DNA of 64,000 bases, taken from Candidatus Eiseniibacteriota bacterium. Its GTDB lineage: Bacteria > Eisenbacteria > RBG-16-71-46. This document shows, one piece after another, positions 38,685 to 50,850 of this stretch; position 1 is the first letter of the stretch, and each line of letters opens with the position of its first letter. Location: NCBI GenBank assembly GCA_016223045.1, contig JACRPT010000145.1, forward strand, positions 12,040 to 76,039, written 5' to 3'. The position numbers were made by a program, and so were the translations under genes. Under the pieces are notes generated by a model that worked only from the letters and a program-made list of their open reading frames with translations, was not told where the DNA came from and ran no database searches.

Positions 38685-39566
38685 ATGTCGCTCCACCACA
38701 GCACCGGCGCGGTCACGCTCGATCGCCTGGGCCCCGGAGACCTGCTCGAGGTGTTCGGGTACCTCGACCGCGACCCGGTGGTGAACGTCTACCTGCTCGC
38801 GCTCGCGCTGCGCGACGGGCTCGCCCGGCCCCGCGACGAGTTCTGGGCGGTGCGCCGCGACGGCGAGCTCGTCGGCCTGCTCTGCCTCGGCGGACAGTCG
38901 GGCGCCGTGCTCCCGCTGGGCGACGATGCCGCGGCGCTGCGGCTCCTGGCCGACCAGGCCGCGGCCCGGCTGGCCTTCCTCCCCCGCCGGTTCCAGGTGA
39001 TCGGCCCGCGCGAAGCGGTGGCTGCGGTGGTGGAGCGGCTCGACGCGCGTGGCCTGGCCCCACGCGTCCGCCGCGCGCAGCTCTACATGGCCGTGCCCCG
39101 GGGATCGCTGGCGCCGGGCGAGCGCCTGCCCGAGTTGCGGCCCGCGCGGCCGGAGGACTACGACCTGGTCTTCCACAGCGGCGCCGGGCTGCGCGCCGAG
39201 GAGCTGGAGGAGGATCCGCGCGCGGTGGACCCGCTGGCCTACGCGCGCCGTGTCGAGGAGGAGTGTCGCGACGGCTACACCTGGCTGTGGGTGGCGGACG
39301 GCGCGTTGCGGTTCCGGGCCAGCGTGAGCGCGCTCACCTCCGACGCGGTGCAGATCTCGGGGGTCTACACGCCCCCCGCGCTCCGCAACCGGGGCCACGC
39401 CACGAGGGCCCTCACGGAACTGTGCACCCGGCTCTTCCATCGCGCGGGCGCGGCCTGCCTGTTCGTGAACGACTTCAACGCGCCCGCGCTCGCGGTCTAC
39501 CGCCGGCTCGGCTTCGAGGACCGCGCCGCGTGGGCCTCGGCCTTCTACGAAGCGCCGCGGCCATGA
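38685..39566 (+). CDS. GNAT-family N-acetyltransferase (two-lobed).
   Basis: C-terminal GNAT core ...VYTPPALRNRGHATRALTELCTRLFHRAGAACLFVNDFNAPALAVYRRLGFE. ATG at 38685 with RBS AAAGGGGA. Confidence 0.6.
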   Translation: MSLHHSTGAVTLDRLGPGDLLEVFGYLDRDPVVNVYLLALALRDGLARPRDEFWAVRRDGELVGLLCLGGQSGAVLPLGDDAAALRLLADQAAARLAFLPRRFQVIGPREAVAAVVERLDARGLAPRVRRAQLYMAVPRGSLAPGERLPELRPARPEDYDLVFHSGAGLRAEELEEDPRAVDPLAYARRVEEECRDGYTWLWVADGALRFRASVSALTSDAVQISGVYTPPALRNRGHATRALTELCTRLFHRAGAACLFVNDFNAPALAVYRRLGFEDRAAWASAFYEAPRP

Positions 39567-39683
39567 TGGCGCCGACCGCACTCCGGCGGTTTGCGCTTGA
39601 CCGCGCTTTCCACGATTTGGGAGCTTGCGCCTGATCGTGCGCAAGGGACCAGCAGCAACGGGAACTCAACAGGGAGGTTGATC

Positions 39684-40325
39684 GTGAAGAAGACCCCTAC
39701 GGCCGTCCTGCTCGCGACCGCGCTCGCCGCGGCCGGGGCTCCGGCGCAGGCCCAGGTGTTCGGACAGTTCACCCCGGCCGAGATCCTGCCGGTGAACGCG
39801 CATCTGTTCGGCGCCTACCTCGACGTCAGCGAGAACGTCGTCGGTCTCCTGGGGCAGCTCCGCCTGAGCTTCTATCCGGGAGTGGACTTCGGCTTCCAGG
39901 GTGGGCTCGATCGGGTCGACGCCGCGACCGGGAACCGCACCACCGTGAAGCTCGGCGGCGATGTGCGCTTCGCCACAGCGCACGCCGGGGAGGCCTCGCC
40001 GGTGGACGTGCTGGTGGGCGGCGCGCTCGGCGTCGCTACGGGCGACGACTACCACGTGTTCACCGTCGGCCCGTCGGCGGTGGCCAGCCGTTCGTTCAGC
40101 TTCTCGCCGAACGCCTCCGTCGCGCCGTATGCCGGGCTCATGCTGGCCTTCACCAACTTCGATTCCGGTCCGACCAGCTCCACCGACTTCTCGATCCCGC
40201 TGAGGCTCGGGGCAGAGCTCAAGGCGATGCCGGGATTGAGGCTCGGGGCAGAGTTGCAACTCCGCCTGGGAGACGACTTTAGCGACCGCGTCGGCTTCTC
40301 GGCCGGAGTCAACCTGCCGTTCTGA
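39684..40325 (+). CDS. Small outer-membrane beta-barrel protein (OmpW/OmpA-beta-barrel-like).
   Basis: RBS AGGGAGG + GTG. Signal peptide KKTPTAVLLATALAAAGAPAQA. Alternating strand pattern and the classic C-terminal ...AGVNLPF (terminal Phe). Confidence 0.6.
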   Translation: MKKTPTAVLLATALAAAGAPAQAQVFGQFTPAEILPVNAHLFGAYLDVSENVVGLLGQLRLSFYPGVDFGFQGGLDRVDAATGNRTTVKLGGDVRFATAHAGEASPVDVLVGGALGVATGDDYHVFTVGPSAVASRSFSFSPNASVAPYAGLMLAFTNFDSGPTSSTDFSIPLRLGAELKAMPGLRLGAELQLRLGDDFSDRVGFSAGVNLPF

Positions 40326-40688
40326 CCCCGGGCGGGGAAGATGGCGGGGCGTGGAGCGCCACGCCTGCACAGGTGTTTCGTTGCACAGAACCAATTGTGC
40401 CACAACTAGTTACGTAGACATCGGCGGCCCCAGAAAGGCCTTGTCGGGCCCCAGGCCTGGTGCTAGCCTCCGGCCCCCCGAATGGGACCGCAACCACGGG
40501 CACCGTTCGGGGCAACAGGCGAAATCCCTCAATCCGAATCAGTCCAAGAGCTTGAACGCGGGGCGGAAGGTCGCTTTCGGCGGGCTCGCCTGCTCCCCTG
40601 CCGGGCTCTCCCGGGCTTTGTGGAAATCGTGTGGAGGGAAGGAGGTGCCTATCGGCGCAACTCTCAGCGAGTGAATGGCCTGGGCCCG

Positions 40689-40799
40689 CAGTAGATGATG
40701 TGGATAACCGTTGCTTGCAGATTCCACACTCCATCGCACCCGCGGGGCGCACGGCCGCGATTGAACGGAAGTTCTCGCAGCCCTGGACCCTGTGGATAA
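40689..40799. promoter_or_regulatory. Two perfect DnaA boxes (TGTGGATAA = TTATCCACA) at 40689-40697 and 40791-40799, upstream of dnaA; oriC/dnaA-promoter region.
   Basis: Exact 9-mers read in a locally low-GC ~500-bp intergenic region. The second box abuts the dnaA start. Confidence 0.55.
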
Positions 40800-40830
40800 G
40801 TTCGCGACCTTTTCAGCAAGGACCGTTGAA

Positions 40831-42216
40831 ATGGCCGTCCAGCCCCTGCAGACCGAGGAGCAGCTCCAAGTCTGGGCGCAGGTCTTGTTGTCGGTGAGGG
40901 ATAAGCTCGGGAGCCACCAGGCTTTCGAAACGTGGTTCAAACCCATCGTCCCGCGCGCGATCAGCCCCCAGTACGTCGAGCTGGAAGTACCCAACGCCTT
41001 CTTCGTGGACTGGATCCACGAACACCATCTCTCCACCCTGCGCCAATGCCTGGCGGATACGCTCGGCGGCAGCCCGGAGATCCGCTTCTCGGCCCTGGAG
41101 CCGGCGCCGTCCGCGCCGGTCATCCCGCCCGAGCCGCACTCTGGTGGCGCAGCGCCCGCTCCCGCGCGCCCGGGCCGCGTCTGGCTCGACAGCCAGCTCA
41201 ATCCGCGGCTCACGTTCGAGAGCTTCGTGGTCGGGAGCAGCAACCGTTTCACGCACGCGGCCTGCCGCGGCGTGGCGGCGAACCCGGGCCACGCGTACAA
41301 CCCGTTGTTCATCTTTGGCGGCTCCGGTCTCGGCAAGACGCACCTGCTCCACGCGGTCGGCCACGCGGTGAAGCAGGCGCGCCCCGAAGCGCGTGTGTAC
41401 TACGTGCCGGCGGAGCGCTTCACCAACGAGATGATCTACTCGATCCAGCACGCCCAGACACTGGCGTTCCGGAACAAGTACCGGAGCGTGGACGTGCTCC
41501 TGATCGACGACATCCAGTTCCTGGCCGGGAAGGAGAGCACCCAGGAGGAGTTCTTCTACACGTTCAACGCGCTGCGCGACGCGCACAAGCAGATCGTGGT
41601 CACCGCCGACAAGCCCCCGAAGGACATCCGGATGCTCGAGGAGCGGCTGACCTCGCGCTTCAACCAGGGCCTCGTCACCGACATCAAGCAGCCCGACATC
41701 GAGACCCGCATCGCCATCCTGCGCAACCGCTGCGAGCAGGAGGGCGACGGCCTGCGGCTGCCGGAGGACGTGCTGCTCCTGATCGCCGACCGGATCCGCA
41801 CGAACATCCGTGACCTCGAGGGCTGCCTCGTGCGGCTCATGGCAGTGGCGTCGCTCACGCACCAGGAGATCACCCTCGACCTCGCGGACGAGGTGCTCCA
41901 GAACTACGTGAACCCCGAACCCGATCAGCTGACGCCCGAGCGCATCTTGGCGGCCGTCGCGGAGCGGTTCGGCGTGCGGAGCGAGGCGATGTGCGGACAG
42001 CGCCGCACGCGCACGGTCGCGCTCCCGCGCCAGGTGGCGATGTACCTCACCCGTCAGCTCACCGAGCTCTCTCTCGTCGAGATCGGCCGGATGTTCGGCG
42101 ACCGCGACCACACGACGGTGATGTACGCCTGCGACAAGATAGCCGCGCTGATCGCGTCGGATAGCGATTTCGCCGACCGGATCAACGGTCTGATCTCCAC
42201 GCTCGCCTCGGGATGA
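40831..42216 (+). CDS. dnaA: Chromosomal replication initiator protein DnaA.
   Basis: AAA+ Walker A GGSGLGKTHLLHAVG, Walker B LLIDDIQFL, sensor motifs, C-terminal DNA-binding domain ...MYLTRQLTELSLVEIGRMFG.RDHTTVMYACDKI. Start set at the ATG at 40831; the track start lies inside the DnaA box. Confidence 0.9.
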   Translation: MAVQPLQTEEQLQVWAQVLLSVRDKLGSHQAFETWFKPIVPRAISPQYVELEVPNAFFVDWIHEHHLSTLRQCLADTLGGSPEIRFSALEPAPSAPVIPPEPHSGGAAPAPARPGRVWLDSQLNPRLTFESFVVGSSNRFTHAACRGVAANPGHAYNPLFIFGGSGLGKTHLLHAVGHAVKQARPEARVYYVPAERFTNEMIYSIQHAQTLAFRNKYRSVDVLLIDDIQFLAGKESTQEEFFYTFNALRDAHKQIVVTADKPPKDIRMLEERLTSRFNQGLVTDIKQPDIETRIAILRNRCEQEGDGLRLPEDVLLLIADRIRTNIRDLEGCLVRLMAVASLTHQEITLDLADEVLQNYVNPEPDQLTPERILAAVAERFGVRSEAMCGQRRTRTVALPRQVAMYLTRQLTELSLVEIGRMFGDRDHTTVMYACDKIAALIASDSDFADRINGLISTLASG

Positions 42217-42387
42217 GATGTGGAGAACCTGTGGGGGGATGGGGAGATCCGCCAGGGCTAAGTGTTGGATTCGTAAGGGGGTGTAGAAGCCACCGTGTTC
42301 CCAACACCCCTGGGCGGCGTCATATCAGATTGCAGCGCAGCACGTTACAGCGCTGGTTGTGGCGCAGTCCACACACCCCACCACCCC

Positions 42388-42456
42388 TTCTACTACTGTC
42401 TTCTTTCTTATTGTCAGACAATGGTTTAGAAGCCGCATTAAGCCATCGAAATCACT
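42388..42456. promoter_or_regulatory. AT-rich stretch in the dnaA-dnaN spacer; candidate DNA-unwinding element of a bipartite oriC.
   Basis: cttctactactgtcttctttcttattgtcagacaatggtttagaagccgcattaagccatcgaaatc is markedly AT-rich for a 70% GC genome. One near-consensus DnaA box (TGTGGAGAA) lies at about 42220. Confidence 0.3.
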
Positions 42457-42579
42457 TGCGGGCAGGGCACGCCCTGCCTATGATGCAGCCGTTTCTGTTG
42501 GAGGCCTCCGGGTAACCCTGTCCCGCCCGCCGGAAGGCGTGTCTGGACATGAGCTTCCCCCCAGTCAGGGAGTCACCGT

Positions 42580-43731
42580 ATGGAACTCACCATCCAGCAG
42601 GGCGACCTGGCGTTCGCCGTGGGTCAGGCCCTGGGATCGGTTTCGAGCAAGAGCCCCCTTCCACTGCTCGGTTGTCTGCTCATGGAGGCCGAGAAGAGCG
42701 GGCTGCGCGTCACCGGGACGGACCTCGATCTGACGACCTCGGTGGCGGTCCCGTGTGTGGTGTCGAGCCCCGGTAAGGCTGCGGTCTCGGCGCGGCACTT
42801 CAACGAGGTCGTGCGGAAGATGCCGAAGGGCACGCTCGCCGTCGCCGTGCGCGGGGGGCAGTGCGAGGTGTCGTACGGGGACGGCAAGGGATGGTCGCGA
42901 TTCCCCGTGCAGGACCCCGGCGAGTTCCCGCGCGTGCCGGAGTTCAAGGGCGACGCGAAGCTCACGCTGGAGGGCGTGGCGCTGGCGCGCCTTGCCGCCC
43001 GCACGAGCTACGCGACCTCGACCGAGGACACACGTCCGATGTTGAACGGCGTCCTGGTGCAGGCGGACGACAAGTGCGTCACGTTCGTCGCCACCGACGG
43101 GCACCGTCTCGCGAAGGCGGCGCGTCGCGGCGCCTTCGGTGGACTCGGCGCCCAGGGCGTGATCGTCCCGGGCCGCGCGCTCAACGCGGTGAGCCGCACC
43201 GCGGAGGCGGCGACCAGCCCGGTCGAGTTCGAGGTCGCGTCGGGCAAGAACCAGGCAGGCTTCAGTGCGCAGGTGGGGGAGTACCGCGTCCAGATCATGA
43301 CCCGGCTGCAGGAGGGGGTGTATCCCAACTACGAGCAGGTCATTCCGAAGGACAACCCGAAGCTGCTCACCGCGCGGCGCGGCGACCTCATGGACGCCAT
43401 CGATCTCGTGGCCTCGCATGCCGACAACGTCACACGCCAGGTGCGGTTCTCGCTGAGGAAGGGCCGCCTCGGCGTGTCATCCACGACGCCCGAGCTCGGT
43501 TCCGGCGAGCAACAGATGGATGCCCAATACGACGGCGAGGACATGGAGATCGGCTACAACGCGAGCTACCTGCTCGAGATCCTGCGCAGCATCCCGACCG
43601 AGCAGGTGCAGTTCCACCTGAAGACCGCGCTCTCGGCCGGGGTCATCGAGCCGGTTGGCGCGCTGCCCCAGGGCGAGGAGGATCTGCTCTGCCTGATCAT
43701 GCCGCTCCGCCTCCCGGACGCGGTGGGATAG
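42580..43731 (+). CDS. dnaN: DNA polymerase III beta sliding clamp DnaN.
   Basis: Three-domain clamp. ...RPMLNGVLVQADDKCVTFVATDGHRLA... and C-terminal ...LLCLIMPLRL. Confidence 0.9.
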   Translation: MELTIQQGDLAFAVGQALGSVSSKSPLPLLGCLLMEAEKSGLRVTGTDLDLTTSVAVPCVVSSPGKAAVSARHFNEVVRKMPKGTLAVAVRGGQCEVSYGDGKGWSRFPVQDPGEFPRVPEFKGDAKLTLEGVALARLAARTSYATSTEDTRPMLNGVLVQADDKCVTFVATDGHRLAKAARRGAFGGLGAQGVIVPGRALNAVSRTAEAATSPVEFEVASGKNQAGFSAQVGEYRVQIMTRLQEGVYPNYEQVIPKDNPKLLTARRGDLMDAIDLVASHADNVTRQVRFSLRKGRLGVSSTTPELGSGEQQMDAQYDGEDMEIGYNASYLLEILRSIPTEQVQFHLKTALSAGVIEPVGALPQGEEDLLCLIMPLRLPDAVG

Positions 43732-43733
43732 CC

Positions 43734-45984
<2,251 letters not shown>

Positions 45985-45985
<1 letters not shown>

Positions 45986-46575
45986 TGGCCGCCCCGCGCA
46001 CACCCGCGAAGGCGGCGTGGGCGGTTGCGCCGCTCGCGCTCGTCCTGGCCCTGGCGGTGGCCGCTCCCGCGTGTGCCGGGGCGCGCCCCGAGCTGGCCGG
46101 CGCGGCGGGGGCCACGCTGGGCGTGCTCGGCCCGCCCGACGGGGGCGGCGCGTCGCTCTCGGCCGCCGCGCTGTGGCCGGTGGGCTACGGACTGCGCTTC
46201 GGGCTCAGCCTGTTCGCCGAGGACATGGGTTCCGAGACGGTCGAGCTCACGGACATCCACGACGGCTCGGACCTCGGGAGCGTGGCGGGGCTGCACCGCA
46301 TGGCGCTCGGCGCGGCCTGGAGGCTCGACGGCGAGTTCGCGCCGGCGCTGGGGTGGATCCCGTTCGGCAGCGCGACCTGGGGCATCTGGCGCGTCTCGGA
46401 CGACGTGCAGGGGCGCGAACTTGGCGCGATCGGCTCGACGGGGTTCAGCCTGGGGGGCGGTCTGCGGCACGCGGTCGGCCGCTTCCAGCTCGGTGCCTCG
46501 GTGCGGTACCACCGGCTGTTCAACGAGCGCGTGGGCCGCTTCGTGGCCGCGGGCGTGGACTGGAGCTGGCGTTGA
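45985..46575 (+). CDS. Small putative outer-membrane beta-barrel/secreted protein (196 aa) wedged between gyrB and gyrA.
   Basis: ATG overlaps the gyrB stop (TGATG). Signal peptide MAAPRTPAKAAWAVAPLALVLALAVAAPACAGA. Amphipathic strands and an aromatic C-terminus ...GVDWSWR. Confidence 0.45.
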
Positions 46576-46631
46576 GACGCACTACACGAACCGCACGGGC
46601 CTCTCACCCCGGCGGAGGCAGGGACTGACCG

Positions 46632-49178
46632 ATGGCACTCAACGATCGCTCAAAGGTCATCGACAAGAACATCGAAGAGGAGATGAAGACCAGCTACATC
46701 GACTACTCGATGTCGGTCATCGTCTCGCGCGCGCTCCCGGACGTGCGCGACGGCCTCAAGCCGTCGCAGCGGCGCATCCTGGTCGCGATGAACGACCTGA
46801 ATCTCGCGCCCGGCCGCGGCTACCGGAAGTGCGCCAAGATCGCCGGCGACACCTCGGGCAACTACCATCCGCACGGCGAGGGTGTGGTCTATCCGACGCT
46901 CGTGCGTCTCGCCCAGGACTGGGTGATGCGTTATCCGCTCGTGGACGGGCAGGGGAACTTCGGCTCGATCGACGGCGACGCCCCGGCGGCGATGCGGTAC
47001 ACCGAGGCGCGACTCACGCACCTCGCGGTCGAGATGCTCGCCGACCTCGAGAAGAACACGGTGGACCTGCGGCCGAACTACGACGAGACGCGCGACGAGC
47101 CGGTCGTGCTCCCGGGGGTGGTGCCGAACCTGCTGGTGAACGGCTGTTCGGGCATCGCGGTGGGCATGGCGACCGAGGTGCCGCCGCACCATCTCGGAGA
47201 GGTGTGCGATGCGATCGTCCACGTCATCGACCACCCGGACGCGACGTCCGCCCAGCTCGCCCGGATCGTGAAGGGTCCCGACTTCCCGACCGGCGGGATC
47301 ATCTACGGCTACCAGGGCATCCGCGACTGCTACGAGACGGGCCGCGGTCTCATCAAGGTGCGCGCGCGCGTCCAGGTGGAAGAGGGCCGCGGCGGCCGCA
47401 TGAGCCTCGTGGCCACGCAGATTCCCTTCCAGGTCAACAAGGCCTCGCTGCTCGAGAAGATCGCCGACCTGGTGCGCCAGGGGAGGGTCACCGGCATCAG
47501 CGACCTGCGCGACGAGTCCGACCGCGACGGGATGCGTATCGTCATCGAGCTCAAGAAGGACGCGAACCCGAAGGTCGTGCTCAACCAGCTGTTCGTGCAC
47601 TCGCAGCTGCAGGCGACGTTCGGAGCGAACATGCTGGCGCTCGTCGACAACCGCCCGCAGCTCCTCGACCTCCGCGGCCTCATCGAGCAGTACGTCCGTC
47701 ACCGCCAGGAAGTGGTGCGCCGGCGCACCGAGTTCGACCTCGGCGAGGCCGAGAAGCGCGCGCACATCCTCGAAGGCCTCAAGATCGCGCTCGACAACCT
47801 CGACGCGGTCATCGAGCTGATCCGCAAGTCGAAGGACGTCGAGACCGCGCGCCAGGGTCTCATGAGCCGGTTCAAGCTCAGCGAGATCCAGGCGAACGCG
47901 ATCCTCGAGATGCGGCTGTCGCGTCTGACCGCGCTGGAGCGCTCGAAGGTCGAGCAGGAGTACCTCGAGGTCATCCAGCTGATCGAGCGGCTGCGCAGCA
48001 TCCTCGCGAGCCCGCAGAAGATGCTGGCGATCATCCAGGACGAGGTGCGCGGACTCAAGAAGCAGTACGGTGACGAGCGCCGCACCGAGATCGTGAGCGA
48101 AGAAGGCGAGATCGGCTACGAGGACACCATCGAGCAGAAGGACATGGTCATCACGATCTCGCACGCCGGGTACATCAAGCGGCAGGAGATCAACGCCTAC
48201 CGCTCGCAGCGTCGCGGGGGCAAGGGTGTCATCGGCGCCCGCACCAAGGAAGAGGACTACATCGAGCACCTGTTCGTGGCGAACACGCACGCCTACCTGC
48301 TCATCCTCACGAACCGCGGGCGCTGCTACTGGCTCAAGGTGCACGAGATCGACCAGGCCGGGCGCATGGCGCGGGGGCGGCCGCTGGTGAACCACCTGGA
48401 GGGGCTGTCGCGCGACGAGAGCGTGCAGGCGGTCGTGGCCGTGAAGGAGTTCGACGACCAGCACTACCTGGTGTGCGCGACGAAGAAGGGCCTCATCAAG
48501 AAGACCGTGCTCTCGGCCTACAGCCACCCGCGCAAGGCCGGGATCAACGCCATCCTGCTGGAGGAGGGCGACGGGCTCATCGAGACCATCATCACCGACG
48601 GCACGCAGGACATGATCCTCGCCAAGAGGAAGGGCCTCGCGATCCGCTTCCACGAGAGCGAGGTGCGCGCGACGGGCCGCACGTCGTACGGCGTGAAGGC
48701 GGTCACGCTCGACGATGCCGAGGACGAGGTCGTGAGCATGGTGGGAGTCAGGCGCCAGGCGACCCTGCTCGCCGTGACCGAGCACGGCTATGGCAAGCGC
48801 AGTGAGATCTCGGAGTACCGGGTGTCCCACCGCGGCGGCAAGGGCATCATCACCATCAAGACGACGGAGCGGAACGGCAACGTGGTCGCGGTGAAGGAGG
48901 TCGTGGACGGGGACGAGCTCATGATCATCACCCGCTCCGGCCAGCTCATCCGCATGCCGGTGAAGGGAATCTCGGTGATGGGGCGCAACACGCAGGGCGT
49001 GCGCCTCGTGAACCTCGCCATGGCCGAGGGCGAGCTGCTGCCCGACACGGTCGCCGGCGTGACCCGCGTGGTGAGCGAGGGCGAGGGCGGCAACGGCGAT
49101 GCCGGGACCAACGGCGCGGCCGCGCCCGGGGCCGAAGCCGACGCGGAGCCCGGGGGCGGGGAGCCGGGATCGGAGTGA
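46632..49178 (+). CDS. gyrA: DNA gyrase subunit A.
   Basis: Active-site region ...[10 protein letters not shown]... (catalytic Tyr), GyrA-box/C-terminal beta-pinwheel repeats. 848 aa. Confidence 0.95.
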   Translation: MALNDRSKVIDKNIEEEMKTSYIDYSMSVIVSRALPDVRDGLKPSQRRILVAMNDLNLAPGRGYRKCAKIAGDTSGNYHPHGEGVVYPTLVRLAQDWVMRYPLVDGQGNFGSIDGDAPAAMRYTEARLTHLAVEMLADLEKNTVDLRPNYDETRDEPVVLPGVVPNLLVNGCSGIAVGMATEVPPHHLGEVCDAIVHVIDHPDATSAQLARIVKGPDFPTGGIIYGYQGIRDCYETGRGLIKVRARVQVEEGRGGRMSLVATQIPFQVNKASLLEKIADLVRQGRVTGISDLRDESDRDGMRIVIELKKDANPKVVLNQLFVHSQLQATFGANMLALVDNRPQLLDLRGLIEQYVRHRQEVVRRRTEFDLGEAEKRAHILEGLKIALDNLDAVIELIRKSKDVETARQGLMSRFKLSEIQANAILEMRLSRLTALERSKVEQEYLEVIQLIERLRSILASPQKMLAIIQDEVRGLKKQYGDERRTEIVSEEGEIGYEDTIEQKDMVITISHAGYIKRQEINAYRSQRRGGKGVIGARTKEEDYIEHLFVANTHAYLLILTNRGRCYWLKVHEIDQAGRMARGRPLVNHLEGLSRDESVQAVVAVKEFDDQHYLVCATKKGLIKKTVLSAYSHPRKAGINAILLEEGDGLIETIITDGTQDMILAKRKGLAIRFHESEVRATGRTSYGVKAVTLDDAEDEVVSMVGVRRQATLLAVTEHGYGKRSEISEYRVSHRGGKGIITIKTTERNGNVVAVKEVVDGDELMIITRSGQLIRMPVKGISVMGRNTQGVRLVNLAMAEGELLPDTVAGVTRVVSEGEGGNGDAGTNGAAAPGAEADAEPGGGEPGSE

Positions 49179-49279
49179 CGCGCGCGGGGCGCCGGCGCCC
49201 CGCGGCCTTCCGGCGCCGCGCCTCGTGAGGACATCCACCTGAGCCCCGGGCGCCCGCCGGCGCGCCCGTCCCGGACGCC

Positions 49280-49930
49280 ATGCCTCGTATCTCGGAATCC
49301 ACCGTCCGCCGCCTGTCGCACTACTACCGCGCCCTGGCCGAGGTCGAGGCGGAGGGCGGGGACGTCATCTCCTCGCAGCGATTGGCGGAGCGCGAGGGCA
49401 CCACGCCGGCGCAGGTGCGCAAGGACCTCTCGCACTTCGGCTCCTTCGGCCGGCGCGGCCTCGGCTACAACGTGGCGCATCTGCGCCGTGAGATTCGCCG
49501 CATCCTCGGGCTCGACCGGCGCTGGCGCGTCGCCGTGGTGGGGGCCGGGCACATCGGCGCGGCGCTCCTGGGCTACCGCGGCTTCTCCGCACAGGGATTC
49601 GACGTCGTAGCGGTCTTCGACAACGACCCGCAGCGCATCGGACAGGTGCTGGGCGCGGTGCAGGTGCGCGACGTCGCGGAACTGCGCGCGGCAGCGGCGG
49701 CGGAAGCCTTCGACATCGGCGTCGTCGCCACCCCGCCGCCCACGGCGCAGGCGGTGGCGGACCTGCTGGTGAGCGTCGGCGTGAGCGCGATCCTGAACTT
49801 CGCGCCGCGGAAGCTGTTCATCCCTGCGCGGGTGGCGCTGCGCAACGTGGACCTGACGATGGCGCTGGAGAACCTCTCGTTCGCTCTCACCCCGGCGCGG
49901 GGCTCCCGACGGCGGCGCGCGCAGGACTGA
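49280..49930 (+). CDS. rex: Redox-sensing transcriptional repressor Rex.
   Basis: N-terminal wHTH RRLSHYYRAL...ISSQRLAEREGTTPAQVRKDLSHFGSFGRRGLGY, then a Rossmann NADH-binding GxGxxG (VVGAGHIGAALL). Confidence 0.8.
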   Translation: MPRISESTVRRLSHYYRALAEVEAEGGDVISSQRLAEREGTTPAQVRKDLSHFGSFGRRGLGYNVAHLRREIRRILGLDRRWRVAVVGAGHIGAALLGYRGFSAQGFDVVAVFDNDPQRIGQVLGAVQVRDVAELRAAAAAEAFDIGVVATPPPTAQAVADLLVSVGVSAILNFAPRKLFIPARVALRNVDLTMALENLSFALTPARGSRRRRAQD

Positions 49931-49965
49931 GCCCGGCATCCGCCGGGCGCGCGCAGGCGGCGGGC

Positions 49966-50850
49966 GTGGCCGCGATGACGCTGGCCACGCTGCTCTGGGG
50001 CGCCACGTTCGTCGCGATCCGCGACACGCTGCACGCGATCGCGCCGGTGGACCTGGTGTTCGGGCGCTTCGTCGCCTCGACGCTCGCCTTCGGCGCGATG
50101 CTCGCCTTCCGCCCGCGCGCTCCCGGCCGCGCCGCGCTCGTGGGCGGGGCGCTGGCCGGCCTTGGTGCCGGCGGATGCTACCTGTTCCAGGCCATCGGCC
50201 TTACCACGACCAGTGCCGGCAGTTCGGCGTTCCTCACCTGCACCGGCACCGTGCTCGCCGCGTTCTTCGCCTGGCCGCTGCTCGGCCAGCGGCCCTCCGG
50301 CGTGCTGGTGCAGGGCATCGCGCTCGCCCTCGCGGGCTCGGCGCTGCTCTCCGCCGCGCCGCTCGGCGGGGTGCCGGGCGGATTCCACCTCGGCGCCGGC
50401 GAGCTGTGGACGCTCCTCGGCGCCACGCTCTACGCCCTCCAGATCGTGGCGGTGGCGCGCTTCGCGGCGGACGCCGACCCGGTCGCGCTCGCCGGGGTCC
50501 AGTCGCTGGCGGTGGCGCTGCTGCTGCTGCCGTTCGCGCACCGGGCGCCGGCCGCGTTCGCCGCGCTCGATCCGGCGTCGTGGCGGCGCTTCGCCTACCT
50601 GGCGGTGGCGGGAACGATCGTGGCGCCGCTGCTGCAGGTGCTGGCGCAACGCGTGCTGCCGGCCGGGCGCGTCGCCCTGCTGTTCGCGCTGGAGCCGGTA
50701 TTCGCCCTGTCGTTCGCGCTGACGCTGGGAGGGGAGAGGTTCGGGCCGCGCTGGTGGCTGGGCGCCGCGCTCATCCTGGCCGGCGTCGTGCGCGTGGAGT
50801 GGCGCGCGGCGCGACCCTCGCCGGCAGCACCCCGTCCAGCCACGCGGTGA
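49966..50850 (+). CDS. EamA/DMT-family transporter (10 TM).
   Basis: Two EamA halves, hydrophobic. Confidence 0.7.
   Translation: MAAMTLATLLWGATFVAIRDTLHAIAPVDLVFGRFVASTLAFGAMLAFRPRAPGRAALVGGALAGLGAGGCYLFQAIGLTTTSAGSSAFLTCTGTVLAAFFAWPLLGQRPSGVLVQGIALALAGSALLSAAPLGGVPGGFHLGAGELWTLLGATLYALQIVAVARFAADADPVALAGVQSLAVALLLLPFAHRAPAAFAALDPASWRRFAYLAVAGTIVAPLLQVLAQRVLPAGRVALLFALEPVFALSFALTLGGERFGPRWWLGAALILAGVVRVEWRAARPSPAAPRPATR

Noticed and set aside
40351-40674. 107-aa plus-strand ORF in the dnaA leader.
   Set aside because: No RBS, atypical composition, and it lies in the origin and DnaA-box region. More likely non-coding.
46025-49238. ORFs 46025..48073 (plus, other frame) and 46650..49238 (minus) overlapping gyrA.
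   Set aside because: gyrA is unambiguous. These are frame artefacts.
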